In this document: positions 18,618 to 27,527 of the stretch, in pieces
How positions within the stretch are numbered: the first letter of the stretch is position 1
How the letters are laid out: each line of letters begins with the position of its first letter
NCBI GenBank assembly: GCA_039801285.1
Contig: JBDRUJ010000004.1
Location: 1 to 32,032, forward strand
Direction of reading: 5' to 3'
DNA: 32,032 nucleotides
From: a candidate division WOR-3 bacterium
Lineage (GTDB): Bacteria > Hydrothermota > Tepidihabitantia > Tepidihabitantales > Tepidihabitantaceae
The notes under the pieces: generated by a model
Told to the model about the DNA's origin: nothing
Seen by the model: the letters and a program-made list of their open reading frames with translations, nothing else
Database searches by the model: none
Translations under genes and position numbers: made by a program

Positions 18618-19997
18618 TCACTTCCCTATGCAGAACCGGGCAAAGATGCTGTCAAGGAGTGCGGTGCTGGTGATGGGGGCATCAATAACCGCCAGGGCGT
18701 CGAGCGCCGCACGGATGTCGAATGCGGCGGTCTCAAGGTCCGGTGCCGAGAGGCTGCGCTGCAGCGCCGCTCTGGCCTCCTTGAAGGCTTGAAGCGCACG
18801 CTGATTGGCGAGCGGAAGGCGGGAGGCGGAAGGCGGAACGCGGAACCTTCGTGCCAGAAGCATTCGGAGCCGGGCCAGATTGGCACCGGTCCGGCAGGAT
18901 ATGGCAAGTGTGGGGCCACGGAGTGGTATTCGGAATCTTCGCGGTCGGTCGCTTTTGTTGACAACATATATTGTAGCCCGATTTTTCAGTTTTTCAAGCA
19001 GGACGCGGTCGGCGGCTCGGGCCGGTTCGGAGCCATCAAAGACCGCAAGAATCAAATCGGCCGATTCGATTGCCCTTTCGGTCTGAGCAACGGCGAGGCG
19101 GGTAATGGCTGAGGTGGTGCTGGCCGGAACACCGCAGGTATCGGAGAGATGCACCAGAGAACCGTTGATGACTATCCGGGCCTCGACCCGGTCGCGCGTC
19201 GTGCCCGGCAGGGGGCTCACCAGGGCCCGGTCCTGCTCCAGGAGCCGGTTGAAGAGCGAAGATTTGCCGACATTGGGCCGGCCGACAATCGCCACATGGG
19301 CACCGTCGCTCGCAAACCGGTGCCGCTCGCCCGCCGCAATCGCCCGGTCGAGCTCGGCAATTATGGAACGGACTCTTTTCTTCCGGCCGGGAAGCGGGTC
19401 TCTGCCATCGGGCTCGAACCCAAGCTCAAACTCTACCTCAGCATATAGGTCGCGCAGCCGCCGGGAGAGCCCGGCGACATAGCTGCTCAGTTCTCCCTGA
19501 TAGCGGTTCAGGGCCGCGGCCTGCGCCAGAGCTGTCCGGGCATTCACCAGGTCAAGAACCGCCTCGGCTTGGGATAGGGTCAGCTTGCCATTGAGGACCG
19601 CGCGCCGGGTGAATTCGCCAGGTTCGGCCAGCCGGCAGCCGTTTTCCAAGAGCAATTGCATGATGCGGTCGGCGGTGACAATTCCACCATGGCAGGATAT
19701 TTCAACCATGTCCTCGCCGGTATAGGAGTGGGGCTTACGGAAGACTGTGAGCAGGACCTGGTCAACCGGTCGGCCGTTGTTGTCAAGAAGCCAGTCGAGC
19801 CTGACGGTCCAGCCCGGCTGACGGGAAGGACGGGCTCGGCGACAGAGCCGGTCAAGAATTGAAAATGAGTCTGGTCCCGAGACCCGGATGACCGCAATCG
19901 AGCCGAAGCCCGGAGGCGTTGCCAAGGCGCAGATGGTCGACTTGCGCACCTTGACTCCGGACTTTAGAGCTTGGACTTTAGACCTTGGACTTGCCAC
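18618..19997 (-). CDS. mnmE: tRNA modification GTPase MnmE/TrmE
   Basis: TICALATPPG, SYTGED, AEPGEFTRRA, GRPNVGKSSL, GTTRD, NKSD and FCIGK. The true start may be GTG 19949, which follows a GGAG. Confidence 0.97.
   Translation of the reverse strand: MASPRSKVQALKSGVKVRKSTICALATPPGFGSIAVIRVSGPDSFSILDRLCRRARPSRQPGWTVRLDWLLDNNGRPVDQVLLTVFRKPHSYTGEDMVEISCHGGIVTADRIMQLLLENGCRLAEPGEFTRRAVLNGKLTLSQAEAVLDLVNARTALAQAAALNRYQGELSSYVAGLSRRLRDLYAEVEFELGFEPDGRDPLPGRKKRVRSIIAELDRAIAAGERHRFASDGAHVAIVGRPNVGKSSLFNRLLEQDRALVSPLPGTTRDRVEARIVINGSLVHLSDTCGVPASTTSAITRLAVAQTERAIESADLILAVFDGSEPARAADRVLLEKLKNRATIYVVNKSDRPRRFRIPLRGPTLAISCRTGANLARLRMLLARRFRVPPSASRLPLANQRALQAFKEARAALQRSLSAPDLETAAFDIRAALDALAVIDAPITSTALLDSIFARFCIGK
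18812..18846 (-). repeat. Heptamer array inside mnmE (linker after the G domain)
   Basis: Plus strand gcggaag gcgggag gcggaag gcggaac gcggaac; encodes FRVPPSASRLP. Confidence 0.85.
19951..19992 (-). repeat. Second heptamer family at the jag/mnmE junction
   Basis: Minus strand aagtcca aggtcta aagtcca agctcta aagtccg gagtcaa. Confidence 0.8.
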
Positions 19998-20559
19998 TTT
20001 CCTCGGGCTGGGCCGGTGCGATTATTGTGTTGCGCCGCGAACCGGTTCCCACCGTATAGACCCGGACCCCAGGCTGAGATGCCAGTGCCTCCTGAACCAC
20101 CGCCAGCTCCTTTTCGGTAAGCAGGTCCAAAGCCATTTCCCGTTTCGTTTCCATGACAATCTTCGCCACCGCAGTCGCCTTACGGCGCAAAAAGTTCTCC
20201 CGACGCTGCCGGTAGCCACCGATGTCAAGGGTAATCGCCGGGACATCGGGATAGACCTTGTGGACGATGCTGCGGGTCAGATGCTGGAGGGCGCGGAGGG
20301 TTGAGCCGCGGTGGCCGATAAGGAGCGCCCGCGAATATCTTGTCCGGATATTGACCAGATAGCCCTCTTTTTCCTTCGCGACATCCACCCGGGCACGGAT
20401 TCCGAGAAAGCCGATAAGGGTCTGAACCACCTTGGCAATAAGGTCAGGTTCTGCCAGAGGAGTGCCAGGCTCCGCATCTGTCTGAGGAGTGGCAGACCCT
20501 ACTTCAACGTCTGGGTTGGCGGGGATGTCGTGCTGGTCTGGGGTTTTGTTCTCCGCCAT
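19978..20559 (-). CDS. jag: Jag/KhpB/EloR RNA-binding protein (KH plus R3H-like)
   Basis: LLIGHRGSTLRALQHL KH motif, LDIGGYRQRRE; canonical position between yidC and mnmE. Confidence 0.9.
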   Translation of the reverse strand: MAENKTPDQHDIPANPDVEVGSATPQTDAEPGTPLAEPDLIAKVVQTLIGFLGIRARVDVAKEKEGYLVNIRTRYSRALLIGHRGSTLRALQHLTRSIVHKVYPDVPAITLDIGGYRQRRENFLRRKATAVAKIVMETKREMALDLLTEKELAVVQEALASQPGVRVYTVGTGSRRNTIIAPAQPEESGKSKV

Positions 20560-22109
20560 AGCGAACCTCCTTTGATTGCGACAACACTCTCCAGAATCGA
20601 GAGAATATTATAGATGAACCAGTAGAGCTGCAATCCGCTGGAAAGATTGAGAAAGATTGCAGTGATAAAGATGGGAAAGAGAATCGTCAGCGCCCAGTTT
20701 TTCTTGTCGGTCGAGGTCATAAGGTTCTGGGCAATGAAGGAAACGCCCATGAGGATAGGCAGAAGGCCGATTGCCGAGCCGCCGAGCATGGGCAGGCCCC
20801 GCGGCAGGTGGCCGAAGAGGGTGTCGGGCTGGGACAGGTCTTTGAGCCAGAGGATGAAGCGCGCCCCGCGGAGTTCAATGAAGGTTCTGAGGACCGCATA
20901 GAGGGCAAAGAAGATCGGCATCTGAACAAGCAGTGGCAAACAGCCGGACAAGGGGTTGATGCGGTAGAGCCGGTAAAGCCGCATCGTCTCTTCATTCAAC
21001 ATCTTGGGGTCGTCTTGGAACTTACGCTTCAGCTCCTCGAGCTTGGGCTGCAGCAACTGCATCTGACGCATCTGCCGGGTCTGTGTGCGGGTAAGGGGAT
21101 AGAAGGCGGCCTTCATCAGGACCGAGAAGAAGAGAATGGCGACACCCCAGTTACGGAACAGGGAGTAGAAGAGCCGCAGGAGCCAGAGGATGCCGAGGGC
21201 AACCGGCTTGAGCCAGCCGAGGCTGACAACATTCTCAAATCCGAGCCGGAAGGAGCGGAGCCGGTTGTACTCAATCGGGCCGAGATAGATGAGGAACTGG
21301 GCGCGTGAACCTGCGATTTCGTCGTCAAAGCCGGTCCGGGCCCAGAACCCGATACGGCCATCATCCAGGGCGAGGGCCTGGGTCGAGTCAAACTCGGCGT
21401 GCTCGTTGACCAGGGCGAGAAAGAAGTACTTGGACTTGATGCCGACCCAGTCGGCCGGGCCACCGAATTGCCGCTTCCGGAGATTGGCATGGGAGAGCTG
21501 ATGAACCTTGCCGTTCCTCCGGGCATAGAAGTGGAAGTTCGCCAGGTCCTCCCTGAGGTTCTGCTCGGTTGTGGCGATGCCAGCTTGACAGTCCAAGGTC
21601 AAGGCGGCAACCGGCCCGGTTGAGGCAACGGACAGCGCCAGTGTGTAGTCCCTGCCCAGTCGCCAGGTCTTGGTAATGGTCATGCCCTCAATCTCATAGC
21701 TGAAGGTTACCGAGCTGTCAGCGAAGCCGATTGTGACGGGAAGGCACGCCAAATCATAGCTTCGGTCCTGAATCTGCACTTGGGAGCCGAAAAGAATGGA
21801 ATCAGCCGGGACCAATTCCGCCCCGAACTTGATAAGCCGGGTCTGTTTCAGCCCGCCACCCCGGCTGGTAAGCTCCAGGCTCAGAAAGTCGTTCTGTAGA
21901 GTAATGGTTGTCTCAGGAAGTGGGCTCTGGGAGGCTGGAAGTTGTTTCTGAGGGCCGGCTGGCGTCGGTGGTGTCGGCTGGGCTGGTGCCGGAGCTGCAG
22001 CAACAGTCTGATTCTGGGGTTGCCGCCGCAGGAAGAGGAACTGCCAGATGAAGAGAATGACCACAACCAAAACAAAGGCGATGACCATCTGAAGATTTTC
22101 GGACTTCAT
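20499..22109 (-). CDS. yidC: Membrane protein insertase YidC
   Basis: [30 protein letters not shown] and GLQLYW motifs, with the periplasmic domain present. Confidence 0.97.
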   Translation of the reverse strand: MKSENLQMVIAFVLVVVILFIWQFLFLRRQPQNQTVAAAPAPAQPTPPTPAGPQKQLPASQSPLPETTITLQNDFLSLELTSRGGGLKQTRLIKFGAELVPADSILFGSQVQIQDRSYDLACLPVTIGFADSSVTFSYEIEGMTITKTWRLGRDYTLALSVASTGPVAALTLDCQAGIATTEQNLREDLANFHFYARRNGKVHQLSHANLRKRQFGGPADWVGIKSKYFFLALVNEHAEFDSTQALALDDGRIGFWARTGFDDEIAGSRAQFLIYLGPIEYNRLRSFRLGFENVVSLGWLKPVALGILWLLRLFYSLFRNWGVAILFFSVLMKAAFYPLTRTQTRQMRQMQLLQPKLEELKRKFQDDPKMLNEETMRLYRLYRINPLSGCLPLLVQMPIFFALYAVLRTFIELRGARFILWLKDLSQPDTLFGHLPRGLPMLGGSAIGLLPILMGVSFIAQNLMTSTDKKNWALTILFPIFITAIFLNLSSGLQLYWFIYNILSILESVVAIKGGSLWRRTKPQTSTTSPPTQTLK

Positions 22110-22417
22110 GAGTTTCTCATCCGGAGGTGCGGCGCCGGACGTGCGACGCCGGATGCCGATTCCTTCGCCCCTTGCGGGAGAGGATCAGGGTGAGGAGTGT
22201 CAAATCTCGGGACCGGGTCGTAGCCACCGGCAGAGAAGGGGTGGCAGCGGAGGATGCGCCTGAGCGCCAGCCAGGTGCCCAAGACCGGGCCGTGTTCAGC
22301 CAGTGCGCAAAGTGCATATTCGGAACAGGTGGGATGAAACCGGCAGGAGTTGGGCAGAACCGTGCCCAACGAAAGCTGGTAAAACCGGATAAGCATTCTA
22401 AGCAACCGGACCATCAT
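22106..22417 (-). CDS. yidD: Membrane protein insertion efficiency factor YidD with repeat-derived C-terminal extension
   Basis: [10 protein letters not shown] and [15 protein letters not shown]; start set at ATG 22417. Confidence 0.95.
   Translation of the reverse strand: MMVRLLRMLIRFYQLSLGTVLPNSCRFHPTCSEYALCALAEHGPVLGTWLALRRILRCHPFSAGGYDPVPRFDTPHPDPLPQGAKESASGVARPAPHLRMRNS
22122..22199 (-). repeat. boxC/REP-like palindrome plus heptamer array inside the yidD 3' end
   Basis: Minus strand actcctcaccctgatcctctcccgcaaggggcgaagga, then ggcatcc ggcgtcg cacgtcc ggcgccg cacctcc. An 18-nt core (22165-22182) recurs exactly at 28799-28816. Confidence 0.7.
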
Positions 22418-22775
22418 CCTGCACCCTCCGTGCGAGCATTTCGGTTTCGTCAGACAGGGCGGCAAAGCTCAGGTTTGCGGCTTGGCCCCTTGCCAAGAGG
22501 AGATAATCAAACCCTGCTGGAAACCAGTCCTTGTTCCGGCGATAGATTTCCCTGAGCCGGCGCTTGAGCCGGTTTCTCGCGACCGCGCCCCGGACCTCAC
22601 GGGTAAGGAGAAAGGCTATCCGCCGGGGTGGAATGGCTCCGGAGCGGTCGGTCTCTGGTTGCGAGATATAGCGGAGATGAAGGTTCACACCCGACACCTT
22701 CCGCCCCAGCCTCATCACCCGGTCGAGGTCTCGTTTGCGCCGCAAGATTTCGCTCCGTCTCAGGTTCTCGGCCAC
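22398..22775 (-). CDS. rnpA: Ribonuclease P protein component
   Basis: [13 protein letters not shown] motif; lies between rpmH and yidD. Confidence 0.95.
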   Translation of the reverse strand: MAENLRRSEILRRKRDLDRVMRLGRKVSGVNLHLRYISQPETDRSGAIPPRRIAFLLTREVRGAVARNRLKRRLREIYRRNKDWFPAGFDYLLLARGQAANLSFAALSDETEMLARRVQDDGPVA

Positions 22776-22799
22776 TGTGCGCCCTGAAGCGGCCCGGGC

Positions 22800-22937
22800 T
22801 CATACCGTCAGGCGCCTGCGACCCTTGGCCCGGCGTCGGGAGAGAACCTTGCGACCGCCGGCCGAACGCATCCGGGCGCGGAAGCCGTGAGCGCGCTTGC
22901 GGACAATCTTAGATGGCTGATATGTTCTCTTTGGCAT
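22800..22937 (-). CDS. rpmH: 50S ribosomal protein L34 (absent from the ORF track)
   Basis: My translation is [45 protein letters not shown] (45 aa). Confidence 0.99.
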   Translation of the reverse strand: MPKRTYQPSKIVRKRAHGFRARMRSAGGRKVLSRRRAKGRRRLTV

Positions 22938-22954
22938 GATAGGTCCTCAGTCCA

Positions 22955-22982
22955 ATTATAGGCAGCGGTTGGTGCGAGTCAA
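22955..22982 (-). promoter_or_regulatory. rpmH operon promoter
   Basis: TTGACT-16 nt-TATAAT. Confidence 0.75.
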
Positions 22983-23015
22983 GCCAACCGCTGTCCGCTG
23001 ACCGCGCTTCCCGAA

Positions 23016-23082
23016 GTCATTCCCGCGCAAGCGGGAATCCATCACTCTTACGGGTCTGGACTCCTGCTTTCGCAGGAGTGAC
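23016..23082. repeat. REP/dRS3-like double-hairpin palindromic element
   Basis: GTCATTCCCGCGCAAGCGGGAATCCA...TGGACTCCTGCTTTCGCAGGAGTGAC; contains ATTCCC-N8-GGGAAT at 23019-23038. Confidence 0.85.
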
Positions 23083-23110
23083 AGAAGCGGCGGGATGCGG
23101 AAGAATGTCA

Positions 23111-23138
23111 TTGACTGATCCACCTCAAACAATAGAAT
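23111..23138 (+). promoter_or_regulatory. sigma70-like promoter, leaderless
   Basis: TTGACT-16 nt-TAGAAT, 5 nt before the ATG at 23144. Confidence 0.65.
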
Positions 23139-23143
23139 GGCGT

Positions 23144-23602
23144 ATGCGGAAGCTAAGAGTGTCGGAGCGCGACCTGATGTTTGCCCTTACCAACCGGCAG
23201 CCGGAGACACCCCACTTTCTTGACCTTGAGTCGGGCAGCGTCATTCCGGTCTTTGCCTATAACCGGGAGACGGTTCTTGAGCAGTTCAAACAGAATCCCC
23301 ATCGCTATCTCCGGCTGGCTCCGCTCAGCGGCCACCAGAGTTTTGTGATAATGGAAAGGTTTACCAGGACAGTGAGCCGGCCCCAGTTGCGGTCAAGGCT
23401 GGTTGCGGTGCTGGATGGTGACCATGCCTTCAGCCGGTTCCGGGCGGTGCTCAGAGAGTTTCCGGCAGAGTTGAAGCGGTGGCGGCAGTTCCGGACGGTT
23501 ATGACGGTTCAGGGTCTGCGCGAGCGGCTGCTTGCGCTGGGGATTGAGCTTGAGCTGGTGGCTGATGAGAAGCAGCCGGTGCGGGGCGATGAGGAGGATT
23601 AG
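23144..23602 (+). CDS. UPF0158 family protein
   Basis: FLDLESG, MERF...LRSRL and AFSRFRAVL...RWRQFR pattern; start set at ATG 23144. Confidence 0.8.
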   Translation: MRKLRVSERDLMFALTNRQPETPHFLDLESGSVIPVFAYNRETVLEQFKQNPHRYLRLAPLSGHQSFVIMERFTRTVSRPQLRSRLVAVLDGDHAFSRFRAVLREFPAELKRWRQFRTVMTVQGLRERLLALGIELELVADEKQPVRGDEED

Positions 23603-24278
23603 ACCGCCGGTTCTGGAGGCTGGGGGCAGACTTGTGCGCCGACTGCCGGTCAAGACCTGCGTGATGAACAAGGGCGACGACCTGGTGGCGCTGGTGCGGC
23701 ACTATGCCGGGCCGGTGCTGAAGCCCGGTGACATCTTGACTATTGCCGAAAGTCCGGTCGCCGCAACTCAGGGTCGGGCAATCCCCGTGAGTCAAATCCG
23801 GCCGGGTTTCTGGGCAAGGCTGCTCTGGCGGTTTGTGAAGAAGGTGCCCTATGGAATCGGTTTGCGGAGCCCCTGGTCAATGCAGTGTGCGATTGATGAG
23901 GTGGGACTGCCGAGGATTCTTTTGGCGGCAGTTGCCGGTGCCTGGGGCAAGCTCTTGGGACGGAGCGGTGACTTCTATCGGGTTGCCGGGCCGCAGGCGG
24001 CGATGATTGATGCAGCCCACACCTCAGGGGTGAAGGAGTTTTATGAATGTGTGATTCTCGGTCCGAAGGAGCCGGACAAGGTTGCCCAGGTGCTGGCAAA
24101 GGAGCTGGGCTGTCCGGTGGCGGTGGTTGATGCGAATGACATCTTCGGCTGCAGGGTAGTGGGCGCCTCCGATGGACTGGATGTGAGGCTGGTTGAGGAG
24201 GCGCTGCGGGACAATCCGGCAGGCCAGGGCGATGAGTTGACGCCGATTGTTGTCCTGAGGCCCGAGGGAGAAAACTGA
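23589..24278 (+). CDS. CofE / F420-0:gamma-glutamyl ligase-like protein
   Basis: GDILTIAES.VA.TQGR, VVDAND and DNPAGQGDELTPIVV motifs; overlaps the UPF0158 gene. Confidence 0.8.
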   Translation: MRRIRPPVLEAGGRLVRRLPVKTCVMNKGDDLVALVRHYAGPVLKPGDILTIAESPVAATQGRAIPVSQIRPGFWARLLWRFVKKVPYGIGLRSPWSMQCAIDEVGLPRILLAAVAGAWGKLLGRSGDFYRVAGPQAAMIDAAHTSGVKEFYECVILGPKEPDKVAQVLAKELGCPVAVVDANDIFGCRVVGASDGLDVRLVEEALRDNPAGQGDELTPIVVLRPEGEN

Positions 24279-24318
24279 AAGCTGGCAGGTAGGCCGTGCG
24301 AAGAGACCGAGACGGGAC

Positions 24319-24347
24319 TTGACAGTCGGCCCTTCTGGTGCCATGAT
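24319..24347 (+). promoter_or_regulatory. sigma70-like promoter
   Basis: TTGACA-17 nt-CATGAT, with TG upstream of the -10. Confidence 0.5.
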
Positions 24348-24382
24348 TTACCAGGAAGCCAACCGACGCCCGAGGCGGTGCA

Positions 24383-25231
24383 ATGACCTATAACTACACC
24401 TGTCCTGAGTGCCACCAGCCGGTCAGGATTGACTGGGCCTGGCTGAAGGAGGAAATCCTCTGCCCGAACTGCAACGCCGCCCACTATCCGCCGACCCCCG
24501 GTGAAGACCCCCTTGCCTATGTTGACGGTGACAAATGGCCCAAGGAGATGGAGACAATTGTCATCGCCCGGCACGGCACCACCTGCGCTGCACCCGGCTG
24601 CTACCAGCCCTACACCACCCTGGTCCACCGCCAGCCCCTGACCAAAGGTGGCCGCACCTGCGTCAGCAATCTCCTGCCGATGTGTGCCGAGCACGCCCTA
24701 GACAAGGGCGAGCAGGAGTTCGACGAATGGGCAGCCAGTCTGAAAGTCCCTCAGGCTGCAGCGCCGGTCGGCCCACCCAGCTTCCTTGAGACCACTTACC
24801 AGCCTTCGGCCCAAGCCCAGCCGGTGACACCGTCACCGGAGCCGGGCTATGTCCAGCCTCTGGCCAGTGGCGCCAGCGTTGCCATAACACCCGGAGCCCA
24901 GCCGGTGCTCGTGGTTCCGTTTCTCCGTGGGAATGTCCATAGGCTGGTGTTTGACTACGACTGGTCACTTGTCGCCGGGACCGGCTGCCGCGTCTTCCTT
25001 GTCGCCTGGTCCCATGGTCAGCGGCCGAATTTGGCAGAGCTCGACTCCCCACAATTTGATGGTCTTACCGCAAGCCTGGTTCACAGCGGCCGGCAGGACG
25101 AAAGTGGTACCAGCCGGCTGGAGCTGCTGCTCCCTTCAGCACCTTTGGGCCGCTGGACCGCCGCCGTGCTTCTTTCAGGTGACAGTCCCAGCCTGACGAT
25201 TACCGAGTTTGTTCTGGCCGGAGCCGAGTAG
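24383..25231 (+). CDS. Zn-ribbon plus HNH-like domain protein with Pro-rich linker and beta-rich C-terminal domain
   Basis: CPEC...CPNC; CAAPGC...VHRQP..KGG....SNLLPMCAEH; GAGG RBS. Confidence 0.7.
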   Translation: MTYNYTCPECHQPVRIDWAWLKEEILCPNCNAAHYPPTPGEDPLAYVDGDKWPKEMETIVIARHGTTCAAPGCYQPYTTLVHRQPLTKGGRTCVSNLLPMCAEHALDKGEQEFDEWAASLKVPQAAAPVGPPSFLETTYQPSAQAQPVTPSPEPGYVQPLASGASVAITPGAQPVLVVPFLRGNVHRLVFDYDWSLVAGTGCRVFLVAWSHGQRPNLAELDSPQFDGLTASLVHSGRQDESGTSRLELLLPSAPLGRWTAAVLLSGDSPSLTITEFVLAGAE

Positions 25232-26470
25232 CCTTCGCAACTCTTCAACAATCGAACCGGCCGGAACGGTCACCTGCTCGCCAGTCATAAGATTCTTTAG
25301 GGAATAGCAACCCCGGGCAAGCTCCTCGCTGCCAACAATGACACAGTAGCTGGCCTGAGCCGAATCGGCCACCTTGAACTGCCGGGCAACCTTCCCACTG
25401 TCGAAGTCAATCCGGCAGGGGATGCCGGCGGCTCGGAGCCGCTCGGCCAGCTCCTGGGTCGGGCCGAGCTCCGCCTGGCTCAGCCAGACAACGAAGACCA
25501 GGGGCTGGCGCCGCTCCTGTCCCGGCTGAGGCATAGCGAGCATTGTCCGCTCCAGCCCCAGGGCAAAGCCCACCGCCGGTGTTGCCGGCCCGCCCAGCTC
25601 TTCAACAAGGTAGTCGTAGCGGCCGCCACCGCCCAAACTGTTCTGAGCACCCAGTGTCGCTGACACATATTCAAAGGTCGTCCGGTTGTAGTAATCGAGT
25701 CCGCGGACCAGTCGCTCGTCAACCTCCAGCCGCACACCCCGGCGCTTCAAATCATCCACCACCGAACGGAAATGCTCGGCACACTCCGGACAGAGATGCT
25801 GGCTGGGCTTTGGTGCCTCGGCAAGTGCTGCCTGACAAGCCGGGTTCTTGCAGTCGAAGACCCGGAGCGGAGAACGGAGGGCCCGCTCCGAACAGTCGGA
25901 ACAGAGGGCCGGCCCCTGCTCTTTGAGAAACTTCAGAAGGTCCTGCCGGTATCCGGGCCGGCACCGCTGGCAGCCGATTGAGTTGATATGGGTGACGCAG
26001 TCGGCTATCCCCAGCCGGGAAAAGAACTGCTCACCCAGGAAAATCAGCTCGGCATCGGCAAGCGGGCTCGCCTCACCCAGCGCCTCAACTCCCAGCTGGT
26101 GGAACTGCCGCAGCCTTCCCTTTTGGGGCCGGCCATAGCGGAAGAACGGCCCGATGTAGAACAGCCGGCAGCGAACCGGGCCCGCCTTGCTCTCCAGAAC
26201 CGCCCGCACCACACCGGGCGTTCCCTCCGGTCTCAGGGTCAGCTGCCGCTCGGAACGGTCGAGAAAGTTGTACATCTCCTTGGTCACGATGTCCGACTCC
26301 ATCCCGGCCGAGCGGAGAAAGATTTCGGTGTGCTCAAAGATTGGCGTCTCAACCTCCCGGTAGCCGTAAAGTGTCACCAGCTCCCGGAACAGCCGCTCAA
26401 CCTCCCGCTTCCGCTCCGAATCGGGCGGCAGGAAGTCCTGGGTGCCTCTCGGTCGGGACCAGCGAATCAT
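25175..26470 (-). CDS. hisS: Histidine--tRNA ligase
   Basis: PRGTQD, LRPEGT, PQKGRLRQFHQ, LVRGLDYY, GGGRYD and GFALGLER motifs. Confidence 0.98.
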   Translation of the reverse strand: MIRWSRPRGTQDFLPPDSERKREVERLFRELVTLYGYREVETPIFEHTEIFLRSAGMESDIVTKEMYNFLDRSERQLTLRPEGTPGVVRAVLESKAGPVRCRLFYIGPFFRYGRPQKGRLRQFHQLGVEALGEASPLADAELIFLGEQFFSRLGIADCVTHINSIGCQRCRPGYRQDLLKFLKEQGPALCSDCSERALRSPLRVFDCKNPACQAALAEAPKPSQHLCPECAEHFRSVVDDLKRRGVRLEVDERLVRGLDYYNRTTFEYVSATLGAQNSLGGGGRYDYLVEELGGPATPAVGFALGLERTMLAMPQPGQERRQPLVFVVWLSQAELGPTQELAERLRAAGIPCRIDFDSGKVARQFKVADSAQASYCVIVGSEELARGCYSLKNLMTGEQVTVPAGSIVEELRRLLGSGQNKLGNRQAGTVT

Positions 26471-26811
26471 CGCTTCAGTCTGATTGAGAGCTCAAACACC
26501 CCTATCCCCACCAAAAGTCCGAGAAAGTTGGCGGCAAGGTCAACAGTGCTGTAGTAGCGGCCCGGGAGCTTCCGCTGCAGCCACTCAACCCCGAATGCCA
26601 CCGGTCCGGTCAGGAACAGATGGCCGAGTGGCGCTGCCGCCTGACCCAGAACCCCCATCACCACGAACAGCGCGGTGTGCAGCGCCTTGTCCAGCCCCCG
26701 CTCAACAATCTTCGGAACCTTGGGAATCGGCACCGAAAGCGCGGTCACCGTGACCACAATCCATACCAGAAGCAAAAGCCAGGCGCGCAGCCTAGGACTC
26801 TTTCGTTTCAC
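26467..26811 (-). CDS. VanZ-like membrane protein
   Basis: DKALH..LF, EWLQ..LPGR...DLAANFLG; overlaps both neighbours. Confidence 0.85.
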   Translation of the reverse strand: MKRKSPRLRAWLLLLVWIVVTVTALSVPIPKVPKIVERGLDKALHTALFVVMGVLGQAAAPLGHLFLTGPVAFGVEWLQRKLPGRYYSTVDLAANFLGLLVGIGVFELSIRLKR

Positions 26812-27424
26812 CCCGGATAATCTCCTTCACCCGCATCAGCCGGACCAGCTCGCCCCGCTCCGTCTCGGCAAGCTTCAGGTTGATGGCCTTGATGGTCTCT
26901 TCAATTGCCGGAATCAGCACAAACTCCAGGGCGTTCACCCGGCGCCTGGTCCGGCCCAGCTCGCCGGCCAGAAGCTCCAGTGCCTTCTCCTTTTCCGCCA
27001 GGACCAGGAGCGAATCCAGAAGCTCGTCAAAGGCAACCAGTGCCAGGTCGAGCTCGCCGGAGGTGGTGGCGAAGCCGTAGCAGCGCATCCGGCCCGAAAT
27101 CTCCTTCTGGAACACCGGCACCCGGACATTCATCACATTCCGGAAAGAGACCGAGACCGAGACCCGCTTCGTCGGCACGAGCACCGCCTCATCCAGAAAC
27201 TTCGGGTCAAAGCTGTTGCGGGCAATTGCGAACCGGCCCAGGATTTTGCCCATCTCCTGCTCCACCCTTGCCCGGTGGCGCCGAATTTCCTCAATCAGCT
27301 CCAGAATCCGGCGCATCAGCTCCTCCTGCTTGTCCTTCAGGAGCTTGTGCCCGCGCCGGGCAATCACCAGGCGGCGCTTCAGCCGCAAAAGCTCCATCCG
27401 GGTTGCGCCGACCGCCAGTTTCAT
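26792..27424 (-). CDS. ntpD: V/A-type ATP synthase subunit D
   Basis: TRMELL.LKRRL..ARRGHKLLKDK, TRRRVNALE and L.E.ER motifs. Confidence 0.95.
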   Translation of the reverse strand: MKLAVGATRMELLRLKRRLVIARRGHKLLKDKQEELMRRILELIEEIRRHRARVEQEMGKILGRFAIARNSFDPKFLDEAVLVPTKRVSVSVSFRNVMNVRVPVFQKEISGRMRCYGFATTSGELDLALVAFDELLDSLLVLAEKEKALELLAGELGRTRRRVNALEFVLIPAIEETIKAINLKLAETERGELVRLMRVKEIIRGETKES

Positions 27425-27485
27425 CAAATCTCCAACCTGTAGTCCGACCTGTCGGACCTGGCTGACCGGTTATTACTCATGCCCG

Positions 27486-27514
27486 ATTGTAGCCATGGCA
27501 AGCGGCTAAGTCAA
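27486..27514 (-). promoter_or_regulatory. Promoter of the V-ATPase D-VanZ-hisS unit
   Basis: TTGACT-17 nt-TACAAT. Confidence 0.65.
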
Positions 27515-27527
27515 AGGAGACTTGACC

